Below, piece after piece: positions 25,989 to 37,500 of a stretch of 64,000 nucleotides of DNA; the stretch's first letter is position 1, and every line of letters starts with the position of its first letter. Source of the DNA: a virus (Duplodnaviria; Heunggongvirae; Uroviricota; Caudoviricetes); IMG/VR virus record IMGVR_UViG_3300008120_000059, positions 64,001-128,000 of that record; one strand, written 5' to 3'. The notes beneath the pieces are model-generated. The model searched no databases and was not told the origin of the DNA. It was given only the letters and a program-made list of their open reading frames with translations. The translations under genes were made by a program, and so were the position numbers.

Positions 25989-28553
25989 TTAACATCCATC
26001 ACCAATTGTATACTGAGTAGTTACCGAACCAGAAACTACTTCATAAATTACACTTCCAATTTGAAAAAACCCATCAAATGTTGTTGTTAAGTTATTATTC
26101 GTGTAGATGGTAACACCTGAATCATAAATATTGACCACATTTGGTAATGTGTATAATGTTACACTATACGAACCTGAACACAACACAACCCCACTACAGT
26201 AATTTGTACATCCAACCATATTCCATTCTTGATATGTCGGACTAGGTGTTGGTGTAACTGATGGAGTTTTAGTTGGGGTTGGGGTTTTAGTTAAAGTAGG
26301 GGTTGGGGTTGGGGAAACCGCTACCAAGGATGAACCACAAATTTCGTATAGAGCATTATCATTTATACCATATATTGTATTTGTCGGTACATACAAAGGT
26401 TTAGAAATACCGTCACCAATAATTTCACTAAATATACCTGTTGTCGGGTCTAGAACACCTAAGAATCCATCTGACAATGTTGAATATCTGCTAATATATA
26501 ATTTACCGTTATCAGGATTATATATCATAGACCTTGTTGAGCCAAAAATCCAAGTTGCTCCCGATATTGAATTTAAAGTAAGTGTGGTGTTTGTTGCAAC
26601 ATCTATTTTGTATACCGTAGACGCACTAACTAAATAAATAATATTGTTCGTCACATCCAAAGCAATTAAACTTGCTGAGGTGATTGGTAGTGATGTACCA
26701 TCTAACGAAATAGTATTACCAGAACAAGAATATATTCTACCACTCTGAGCGAAATATAATTTATTATTATTAGGATTGTAAACAGTCGCTTCAGGGTTTG
26801 ATAAAGTTATACCTGTAATTTGGTTTGTAAAAGTATCTGTTGAACCATCTATGACACTAATTTGTGAAACTGAAAAATTTCCACCTGTTTGACTAAATGC
26901 ATAAATTTTATTTAAAACAGAATTATATTCAATTTTTCCTAAACCTGATGTTATTCCCGAAATTGATATTGACGATGTTGTGTTTGTGTTTAAATTTCTT
27001 ATTAACATTTTAACAGGAAATGATGATTCCCAACTGTATAATTTGTTGTTAGTTGAGTTATATCCTAATAATAAACTACTTCCTGACCATGTAAATTCAT
27101 TTGTTAAACTTGTTGAATTTGGGACAAAAGATTGTACAACACTTGATGCGTTTAGAACGTATGCTTTGTTATTTGATGATGAATAAACCATACCTTGTCT
27201 ACCAACGGCAGAATATGAATTCGTTGCGGCAAGAGTATTTCTAACTGAATCACTACAACCACCTGATGGTGTTGGGGTCAGGGTCGGGGTTACGGTATTA
27301 GTAGGTGTTACACTTGGGGTCGCAACTGGATTACCGGATGGACTTGGTGTTGGGGTTTTTGTTGGGGTCGGGGTTGGAGATACAATAGGTACAGGTAATG
27401 TAAAATTCACAGAATTAGTACACGTACCAGTACTTTGAACTGTAAATGTTGTTATTGAATAACACACAAGTGCGGTATACCCAGATAATAATTGAGATGT
27501 TGTCACACCAGTTGCAATTAATACTATAGTTCCTCCTGTTGTTGTTCCCGAAATATTATAAGGTCCGGCTTGCGTTAAAAAATAAATTGGGTGTAATGAG
27601 AATGTATATTGAGTACATCCTGTAGGTACTAGTGAAGGTGATGGGGTTACTGTGGGTGTTACACTAACAGTTACCGAAGGTGTTAATGAAGGGGTATTTG
27701 TGGGTGTATTTGTTGGTGTAACCGAAGGTGTCGAACCTAACGTACTTGACGGTGTATTTGTGGGTGTATTTGTTGGTGTAACCGAAGGTGTCGGAGTTAG
27801 ACTTGGAGTTTTTGTTGGAGTTACAGTATTTGTTGGGGTTGGGGTTTCGGAAGGAGTTTCGGAAGGAGTTTGTGTTAATGTGGGTGTTGGAGTTGGGGTC
27901 ACACTCGGACAAACTACAGTACAGAAACCATTGAAAGATATCCCTGCATATGGGTAACTCGGGTCGTAACAAACATATGTTGGTGAAAATGAACCACTAT
28001 GATATACACCACAACAGTCCGTATAATACCAATTTGGTGAATCGGTTATACCTGAGTAACATAAAGTTGGTGTGGGTGTTGGAGTAGGGGTAGGAGTTGG
28101 ACTTGGTGGTGTTAAACAGTCAATACAATTTGTAAAAAGAGCATTTTCAGAAATTAATTGTGCAACAGTATAATTGTAAGTGGTGCTACCAGTGCCTTGT
28201 TCATAAACTCCTGTATAGTTGTAACATGTACCATCATAAGAAATTGTTGCACCTGTACTTTGGAAATACTGATTAACTTCTGAATTTTTTAAACCAAAGT
28301 AAACAAATGCCCCTGGTATTTGGCAATGTTCAAATTGCCACCCATTAAAATCGTCGTTACATTGTTCACAGGTTGTATAACCACTAAAAATAACCGTACC
28401 TGACGGTCCACCTCCGACATTTCCTGTTGAAGACCAACATTGGTAATCAGCAAAAATCGTGTCACCCGATAATACTAAACTGTCATCGACGACAAAATCA
28501 TAGTATGACGCTGGGTCTAAACAATTTTGAAATGTTATTATTTGTGCTGGCAT
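25989..28553 (-). CDS. Cys-module / TP-stalk protein with YVTN/YncE-like beta-propeller
   Basis: Repeats such as MVYSSSNNKAYV, IEYNSVLNKIYA, VYNPNNNKLYFA, IALDVTNNIIYL, MIYNPDNGKLYI. Confidence 0.8.
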   Translation of the reverse strand: MPAQIITFQNCLDPASYYDFVVDDSLVLSGDTIFADYQCWSSTGNVGGGPSGTVIFSGYTTCEQCNDDFNGWQFEHCQIPGAFVYFGLKNSEVNQYFQSTGATISYDGTCYNYTGVYEQGTGSTTYNYTVAQLISENALFTNCIDCLTPPSPTPTPTPTPTPTLCYSGITDSPNWYYTDCCGVYHSGSFSPTYVCYDPSYPYAGISFNGFCTVVCPSVTPTPTPTLTQTPSETPSETPTPTNTVTPTKTPSLTPTPSVTPTNTPTNTPSSTLGSTPSVTPTNTPTNTPSLTPSVTVSVTPTVTPSPSLVPTGCTQYTFSLHPIYFLTQAGPYNISGTTTGGTIVLIATGVTTSQLLSGYTALVCYSITTFTVQSTGTCTNSVNFTLPVPIVSPTPTPTKTPTPSPSGNPVATPSVTPTNTVTPTLTPTPSGGCSDSVRNTLAATNSYSAVGRQGMVYSSSNNKAYVLNASSVVQSFVPNSTSLTNEFTWSGSSLLLGYNSTNNKLYSWESSFPVKMLIRNLNTNTTSSISISGITSGLGKIEYNSVLNKIYAFSQTGGNFSVSQISVIDGSTDTFTNQITGITLSNPEATVYNPNNNKLYFAQSGRIYSCSGNTISLDGTSLPITSASLIALDVTNNIIYLVSASTVYKIDVATNTTLTLNSISGATWIFGSTRSMIYNPDNGKLYISRYSTLSDGFLGVLDPTTGIFSEIIGDGISKPLYVPTNTIYGINDNALYEICGSSLVAVSPTPTPTLTKTPTPTKTPSVTPTPSPTYQEWNMVGCTNYCSGVVLCSGSYSVTLYTLPNVVNIYDSGVTIYTNNNLTTTFDGFFQIGSVIYEVVSGSVTTQYTIGDGC

Positions 28554-28570
28554 TTATTACTATTCTTTCT

Positions 28571-28577
28571 ATAAATA
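28571..28577 (-). promoter_or_regulatory. TATTTAT box
   Basis: 17 nt upstream of ATG 28553. Confidence 0.45.
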
Positions 28578-28597
28578 CTTAAATCATTATTTTATCA

Positions 28598-31500
28598 TTA
28601 ACATGCTTCTCCACAAAATGTGTTACAATAATCACCACAACCAGTACCGTATGTATATTGCGAAGTATATATTGGTGGTACGAAGTTTCCTCTAAACAAT
28701 ATAAACACATTTGTCACTCTCATAAGACAAACGCTATAATTACCAGGGGCGTTATAACCTTGTGTTGTGAATGTACCATCACAACATTGGTATGCAAAGT
28801 ATACTTGATTATCATCTGAGGCTGTTAAATCATTAATATCAACAAAAAAGTCTGTACACAAACAATCACCACAAGCACCATCATACGTTATCTCCCCACC
28901 ATAAGGACCTAATACACTTGGAATACTACATGAACATATCTCAATTGTACCACTTGCTGGGTACACATTTGGGTCAAGTATTTCTGTGGGTGTTCCTCCA
29001 CCGCAACAAGTGGTATAGTTAACTATATTACCAGGTCCTAATCCTGTAATAATATATGACTCACAAACACATGGTGGAGTTGGGGTTGGGGTCGGAGTTG
29101 GAGTTGGGGTTGGGGTTGATGACGGATTTGAAACCGGAGATGGTGTTGGAGTGTTTGTTGGAGTGTTTGTTGGAGTTACAGTCTTGGTTGGTGTATTTGT
29201 AGGAGTATTGGTTGGTGTTAAAGTTGGAGTAACTGTCCTTGTTGGAGTATTTGTAGGGGTAAAGGTTGGAGTTACAGTCTTGGTTGGAGTATTTGTAGGG
29301 GTAAAGGTTGGAGTTACAGTCTTGGTTGGTGTATTTGTAGGGGTAAAGGTTGGAGTTACAGTCTTGGTTGGTGTATTTGTAGGAGTATTGGTTGGTGTTA
29401 AAGTTGGAGTAACTGTCCTTGTTGGTGTATTTGTCGGTGTTTTTGTTGGGGTTAAAGTTGGTGTAACTGTTGGTGTAACTGTTGGGGTTGGTGAAGGACA
29501 AGGGTGATAAGTTTCACATTCAGTACATGTATTGTATGTACCATACGCAGTGATTGCGGAACCAGGTACTCCTGGTCCGACTGAGTTTGTAACAAAATAA
29601 CAACAACCATTAATTGATATATAACGGTTTACTAAAAGATTTGGGTTAAATCCATTTTGACAACCAAATTGAATTGTATATTGTCCTGTTGTACCACAAC
29701 ATCCACATCTTTGTAAATCGAAAATCCAAGTGGCGCATGGGTTAGCTCCAATACATGTTTCACATGTATCAACACTAAATGATGATGGTGGATAATACCC
29801 GTCAACCCCACTAAAGTTTGGTGGTGAGTAGGTTTGACTATAACCTTCAACAAAATAACAACATCCATTTATAACAATAGTTTGACCTTGTGAAATACCG
29901 CTTTGAACATAGGTCAAATTAGTTGTTATACTTAAATAAGAAATAGTATTACCTAAAATACCACCATCACAACATGGTAATAAATAAACATAACCAACCT
30001 GTAAGGATGGTGATGGTGTTACTGTGCTTGTTGGTGTTAATGTAGGAGTTAAAGTTGGTGTAACTGTTTTTGTTGGTGTATTGGTAGGGGTTACGGATGG
30101 TGTTCTCGTAGGAGTAACACTATTGGTTGGGGTGTTAGTCGGGGTTAAAGTTGGTGTAACTGTTCTTGTTGGTGTATTGGTAGGGGTTACCGTAGGGCTA
30201 ACAGTGGCGGCTGGAGTTCTTGTTGGAGTAACAGTATTTGTTGGGGTATTGGTTGGTGTGAGAGTTGGTGTAACTGTTCTTGTTGGTGTATTGGTAGGGG
30301 TTACCGTATTCGTAGGTGTAACAGTTCTGGTTGGTGTTGGTGTCGGGGTTGGTGATGGACAAAAATTTAGAGTTTCTCCTAAACATTGTGCACAACTTGT
30401 CTGAACAGTAGTGTAAATCGTACCTCCAGGTCCTACCTGTTGCACATACGTTGCACATAACTGAATGTCTTGTAAATAAAATACCGTACCTAACAATGTA
30501 CCTAATGGTACTTGACCATAATAAACATTGGTGTCACCAGGACAACATGATTCAAATCTAGCAGCAACATACTGAGGACTAGCCGTTGGGGTTACTGTTT
30601 TGGTTGGTGTCAATGTTGGTGTAACAGTATTTGTTGGAGTGTTAGTTGGTGTTACGGTTGGACTAACTGTGGCAGCCGGTGTTCTTGTTGGTGTAACAGT
30701 ATTTGTTGGGGTATTTGTTGGAGTTACCGTAGGACTAACAGTGGCTGCTGGAGTTCTTGTTGGGGTATTGGTTGGGGTAACAGTATTTGTGGGGGTTACT
30801 GTGTTCGTTGGGGTATTGGTAGGTGTATTTGTTGGTGTTAATGTTGGACTAACAGTAGCCGCTGGTGTTCTTGTTGGTGTAACAGTATTTGTTGGGGTAT
30901 TTGTTGGAGTTACCGTATTTGTTGGAGTATTAGTTGGGGTGTTAGTTGGTGTTACAGTGTTGGTTGGTGTATTAGTTGGAGTTAAAGTTGGTGTAACTGT
31001 TCTTGTTGGTGTATTGGTAGGTGTAACTGTATTCGTAGGGGTGACTGTATTAGTTGGAGTGTTGGTTGGAGTATTAGTTGGAGTTAAGGTTGGACTAACA
31101 GTGGCAGCTGGTGTTCTTGTCGGGGTTACGGTATTAGTAGGGGTATTGGTTGGAGTTACCGTATTTGTTGGAGTATTAGTTGGGGTGTTGGTTGGAGTAA
31201 CAGTGTTGGTTGGGGTGTTAGTAGGGGTGTTGGTCGGTGTAACTGTATTTGTTGGAGTAACAGTATTAGTAGGTGTGTTTGTTGGTGTGTTAGTCGGTGT
31301 TAATGTTGGACTAACAGTAGCCGCTGGTGTTCTCGTAGGAGTTACAGTATTGGTAGGAGTATTGGTAGGAGTAACGGTGTTTGTTGGGGTGTTTGTAGGA
31401 GTATTGGTTGGTGTTACAGTATTGGTTGGAGTATTGGTTGGTGTAAAAGTTGGTGTAACAGTTTTTGTTGGTGTATTAGTAGGAGTATTGGTCGGTGTGA

Positions 31501-34500
31501 CAGTGTTGGTTGGTGTTACTGTATTTGTTGGAGTATTGGTTGGGGTATTGGTTGGTGTAAGGGTAGGACTAACAGTGGCTGCCGGAGTTCTTGTTGGAGT
31601 AACAGTATTGGTTGGGGTATTGGTTGGTGTAACAGTATTAGTCGGCGTATTGGTTGGAGTATTTGTTGGTGTGACTGTATTCGTTGGAGTGTTAGTAGGT
31701 GTAAAAGTTGGTGTGACGGTTCTTGTTGGTGTATTGGTTGGTGTAACGGTATTGGTTGGGGTGTTTGTGGGTGTAAGGGTAGGACTAACAGTGGCGGCCG
31801 GAGTTCTTGTTGGAGTCACTGTATTGGTCGGTGTGTTGGTGGGTGTGACTGTGTTAGTAGGTGTATTTGTAGGTGTATTAGTTGGTGTGACTGTATTTGT
31901 TGGAGTGTTTGTTGGGGTGTTTGTGGGTGTAACAGTATTAGTAGGAGTATTGGTTGGTGTTACAGTTTTGGTTGGAGTGTTAGTAGGTGTAACAGTATTA
32001 GTAGGTGTATTGGTAGGTGTATTGGTTGGTGTAACAGTATTCGTAGGAGTATTTGTTGGAGTATTTGTTGGACTAACAGTAGCTGCTGGTGTTCTTGTTT
32101 AGCTGCTGGTGTTCTTGTTGGGGTTACGGTATTAGTTGGGGTTACAGTGTTAGTCGGAGTGTTAGTTGGTGTATTCGTTGGTGTAACGGTATTTGTTGGG
32201 GTGTTAGTTGGTGTATTTGTTGGTGTTACTGTATTGGTAGGAGTATTTGTAGGACTCAATGTAGGTGTAACTGTATTGGTCGGTGTTAAAGTTGGTGTAA
32301 CTGTCTTTGTTGGTGTATTAGTAGGTGTCTGAGTTGGTGTAACTGTATTAGTCGGAGTATTAGTAGGCGTAACAGTGTTTGTTGGAGTATTGGTTGGGGT
32401 ATTTGTAGGAGTTACCGTATTGGTTGGGGTGTTTGTAGGAGTATTGGTAGGGGTGACAGTCTTGGTTGGAGTATTTGTGGGGGTAACAGTATTTGTTGGG
32501 GTAACCGTATTAGTTGGTGTGTTGGTTGGAGTATTTGTTGGGGTTAGAGTTGGTGTAACAGTTTTTGTTGGTGTATTAGTTGGAGTAACGGTATTTGTTG
32601 GGGTATTGGTTGGGGTATTTGTAGGAGTTACCGTATTAGTCGGGGTATTAGTAGGCGTAACAGTGTTTGTTGGAGTATTGGTTGGGGTGTTTGTAGGAGT
32701 TAAGGTAGGTGTAACAGTCTTGGTTGGGGTGTTGGTTGGTGTAACTGTATTAGTAGGTGTGTTAGTTGGTGTAACTGTATTAGTAGGTGTATTTGTTGGA
32801 GTATTTGTTGGGGTAACAGTATTCGTAGGAGTATTGGTCGGTGTTAATGTAGGAGTAACAGTTCTTGTTGGAGTATTTGTTGGGGTAACAGTATTCGTAG
32901 GAGTATTAGTAGGTGTTAATGTAGGTGTAACAGTCTTGGTCGGAGTGTTTGTAGGAGTATTTGTTGGTGTAACAGTGTTTGTTGGTGTTACCGTGTTTGT
33001 AGGAGTATTGGTAGGAGTGTTCGTTGGAGTATTGGTTGGTGTTAATGTAGGTGTAACAGTATTAGTAGGTGTTAATGTAGGTGTAACAGTCTTGGTTGGG
33101 GTGTTTGTAGGAGTATTTGTTGGTGTAACGGTGTTCGTAGGGGTAACTGTAGGACTCAATGTAGGGGTTACAGTATTGGTCGGAGTATTAGTAGGTGTTA
33201 ATGTAGGTGTAACAGTCTTGGTTGGTGTATTGGTTGGGGTAACCGTGTTAGTTGGTGTGTTGGTGGGTGTTACTGTATTAGTAGGAGTAACTGTAGGACT
33301 CAATGTAGGAGTTACAGTCTTGGTTGGTGTATTAGTGGGTGTGTTTGTTGGTGTAACAGTATTGGTTGGGGTAACCGTGTTAGTTGGTGTGTTGGTTGGA
33401 GTATTTGTTGGGGTATTGGTTGGGGTGACTGTCTTAGTCGGTGTATTAGTTGGGGTTACTGTATTTGTTGGTGTAACCGTATTTGTTGGTGTATTTGTGG
33501 GTGTATTGGTTGGAGTTAAAGTTGGTGTTACAGTTTTTGTTGGTGTGTTGGTCGGTGTAACTGTATTTGTTGGTGTATTTGTGGGTGTATTGGTCGGTGT
33601 AACTGTATTTGTTGGAGTATTTGTTGGGGTGTTAGTGGGTGTAACAGTATTAGTAGGAGTATTTGTGGGCGTATTGGTCGGTGTAACTGTATTTGTCGGA
33701 GTATTGGTTGGGGTATTTGTTGGTGTAACGGTGTTCGTAGGGGTAACTGTAGGACTCAATGTAGGGGTTACAGTGTTTGTAGGAGTGTTTGTGGGAGTGT
33801 TGGTTGGGGTAACTGTATTAGTAGGAGTAACTGTAGGGGTGACAGTTTTAGTAGGTGTATTAGTTGGAGTATTGGTAGGGGTTACAGTATTAGTAGGGGT
33901 ATTTGTAGGAGTTAATGTAGGAGTTACAGTCTTGGTTGGGGTATTTGTTGGTGTAACGGTGTTCGTAGGGGTAACTGTAGGACTCAATGTGGGAGTCACC
34001 GTATTGGTCGGAGTATTGGTGGGGGTTACTGTATTAGTAGGAGTATTAGTAGGAGTATTGGTTGGGGTTACCGTGTTGGTCGGAGTTAAAGTTGGTGTAA
34101 CAGTTTTTGTTGGTGTATTGGTTGGAGTTACAGTGTTCGTAGGGGTATTTGTTGGTGTTAGAGTTGGTGTAACAGTTTTTGTTGGTGTATTAGTAGGAGT
34201 TACGGTGTTAGTTGGAGTGTTGGTAGGTGTGTTAGTTGGTGTTACAGTGTTGGTTGGTGTATTAGTAGGTGTCTGAGTTGGTGTAACTGTCTTGGTTGGG
34301 GTATTAGTTGGCGTTACAGTATTGGTTGGGGTTACCGTATTTGTAGGAGTTACGGTATTGGTTGGAGTAACAGTATTAGTCGGCGTTACTGTGTTAGTTG
34401 GGGTGTTAGTGGGGGTAACAGTATTAGTAGGAGTAACGGAATTCGTGGGAGTGTTTGTAGGAGTGTTTGTTGGTGTTAATGTAGGTGTTACGGTTTTTGT

Positions 34501-37500
34501 TGGTGTATTGGTTGGGGTTACTGTATTTGTAGGAGTATTTGTAGGAGTTAAGGTAGGTGTAACAGTATTGGTTGGGGTATTGGTAGGTGTGTTGGTCGGG
34601 GTGACTGTGTTAGTTGGTGTAACTGTATTAGTTGGTGTATTCGTAGGGGTTTGAGTTGGTGTAACAGTATTGGTTGGGGTATTTGTTGGAGTTAAAGTTG
34701 GTGTGACAGTTTTTGTTGGTGTATTGGTAGGAGTTACGGTATTTGTAGGAGTATTAGTCGGTGTCTGAGTTGGTGTTACGGTGTTTGTTGGAGTATTGGT
34801 TGGAGTTAATGTAGGTGTTACAGTCTTGGTTGGTGTATTAGTTGGTGTTACAGTATTAGTAGGTGTAACAGTATTAGTAGGTGTAACAGTGTTTGTAGGT
34901 GTAACGGTATTGGTGGGAGTCACCGTATTAGTTGGTGTGTTAGTTGGGGTTACGGTGTTGGTTGGAGTAACGGTATTTGTTGGGGTGTTTGTAGGAGTGT
35001 TTGTTGGTGTTAATGTAGGTGTTACGGTTTTTGTTGGTGTATTGGTTGGTGTAACAGTATTTGTTGGTGTGTTGGTGGGTGTGTTGGTGGGTGTTACAGT
35101 ATTAGTTGGGGTATTAGTAGGACTCAATGTTGGGGTAACAGTATTCGTTGGTGTTACAGTATTGGTTGGAGTGTTTGTTGGGGTATTTGTTGGGGTTACG
35201 GTATTAGTAGGGGTATTGGTTGGAGTTAATGTAGGAGTAACAGTCTTGGTTGGTGTATTAGTTGGCGTAACAGTGTTTGTTGGGGTGTTAGTTGGGGTAT
35301 TTGTAGGGGTTACCGTATTGGTCGGAGTGTTGGTTGGTGTTAATGTAGGAGTAACAGTCTTGGTTGGAGTGTTTGTTGGGGTAACAGTATTGGTTGGAGT
35401 CACTGTATTAGTTGGTGTGTTGGTCGGTGTATTTGTTGGGGTTAAAGTTGGTGTGACAGTTTTTGTTGGTGTATTGGTTGGGGTTACTGTGTTAGTAGGA
35501 GTGTTTGTAGGTGTATTAGTAGGGGTATTAGTATTAGTCGGGGTATTGGTCGGTGTAACTGTATTCGTTGGAGTAACGGTAGGAGTTAATGTAGGAGTAA
35601 CAGTCTTGGTTGGTGTATTAGTAGGTGTGTTAGTAGGGGTTACCGTATTGGTTGGGGTGTTAGTCGGGGTAACTGTGTTAGTTGGTGTGTTAGTTGGTGT
35701 GTTGGTCGGAGTTACCGTATTTGTTGGAGTATTTGTAGGGGTTAAGGTAGGCGTAACAGTTCTTGTTGGAGTATTGGTCGGTGTAACTGTATTCGTTGGA
35801 GTTACAGTGTTAGTGGGGGTTACGGTATTGGTCGGCGTTACAGTGTTAGTCGGTGTTACCGTATTAGTTGGAGTATTTGTTGGCGTAACAGTGTTTGTTG
35901 GAGTTACAGTGTTTGTGGGGGTATTGGTTGGAGTATTGGTGGGAGTCTGAGTTGGGGTGACTGTCTTAGTTGGGGTATTGGTCGGGGTAACTGTGTTGGT
36001 TGGAGTAACGGTATTTGTTGGGGTATTGGTCGGGGTATTGGTTGGAGTTAAAGTTGGCGTAACAGTGTTTGTTGGTGTATTGGTAGGTGTTACAGTATTA
36101 GTTGGGGTATTGGTTGGAGTTAAAGTTGGTGTAACAGTTTTTGTTGGTGTATTAGTTGGCGTTACAGTATTAGTTGGTGTGTTAGTTGGTGTGTTTGTTG
36201 GGGTTACCGTATTGGTCGGAGTTACCGTAGGACTCAATGTAGGAGTTACAGTATTAGTTGGTGTGTTGGTTGGTGTGACTGTATTCGTTGGAGTGTTAGT
36301 AGGTGTCTGAGTTGGGGTAACAGTATTTGTTGGAGTATTGGTAGGAGTATTGGTAGGGGTTACAGTATTGGTAGGAGTATTGGTAGGGGTTACAGTATTG
36401 GTAGGAGTATTCGTTGGGGTTAGAGTTGGTGTAACAGTTTTGGTAGGAGTATTAGTAGGGGTTACAGTATTTGTAGGAGTTACCGTAGGACTCAATGTGG
36501 GAGTCACCGTATTAGTTGGTGTATTGGTTGGGGTTACGGTGTTGGTTGGAGTGTTTGTAGGTGTATTAGTTGGAGTAACAGTATTTGTAGGTGTATTAGT
36601 CGGGGTATTGGTTGGTGTTACGGTGTTGGTTGGGGTTAAAGTTGGTGTGACAGTTTTTGTTGGTGTATTGGTTGGCGTAACAGTGTTTGTCGGAGTATTA
36701 GTTGGGGTGTTGGTTGGTGTATTAGTTGGAGTTACAGTGTTGGTTGGAGTGTTAGTTGGTGTTACGGTATTGGTTGGGGTTACTGTGTTTGTAGGAGTAT
36801 TGGTCGGTGTATTCGTTGGGGTTAGAGTTGGTGTAACAGTTTTGGTAGGAGTATTAGTAGGAGTTATAGTATTCGTTGGTGTGTTGGTCGGTGTAACAGT
36901 ATTAGTTGGGGTGTTGGTTGGGGTGTTGGTTGGAGTAACAGTATTAGTTGGAGTATTAGTTGGGGTGTTGGTTGGAGTAACAGTGTTTGTTGGGGTTACC
37001 GTAGGGCTCAATGTGGGAGTTACAGTTTTAGTAGGGGTGTTTGTTGGAGTTACGGTGTTGGTTGGGGTATTGGTTGGTGTGTTAGTTGGTGTAACTGTAT
37101 TAGTGGGAGTCACTGTAGGGCTCAATGTTGGAGTTACAGTGTTGGTTGGGGTGTTAGTTGGTGTATTGGTTGGTGTAACTGTATTCGTTGGAGTGTTTGT
37201 AGGAGTGTTGGTTGGGGTTACAGTATTAGTTGGTGTGTTGGTTGGAGTTAATGTAGGTGTAACGGTTCTTGTGGGGGTGTTGGTAGGGGTTACGGTATTA
37301 GTTGGAGTGTTTGTTGGGGTATTTGTTGGGGTTACGGTATTAGTTGGAGTGTTTGTTGGGGTATTTGTTGGGGTTACGGTATTAGTAGGGGTATTGGTTG
37401 GGGTATTTGTTGGGGTTACGGTATTAGTAGGGGTATTGGTTGGAGTTAATGTAGGTGTAACGGTTCTTGTGGGGGTGCTGGTAGGGGTTACGGTGTTAGT

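Noticed and set aside
31960-32099. C-terminal tail [11 protein letters not shown]... of the 4262-aa track ORF and a separate start at 31819
   Set aside because: Both are by-products of the 20-nt duplication. The repeat frame continues uninterrupted once one copy is removed.
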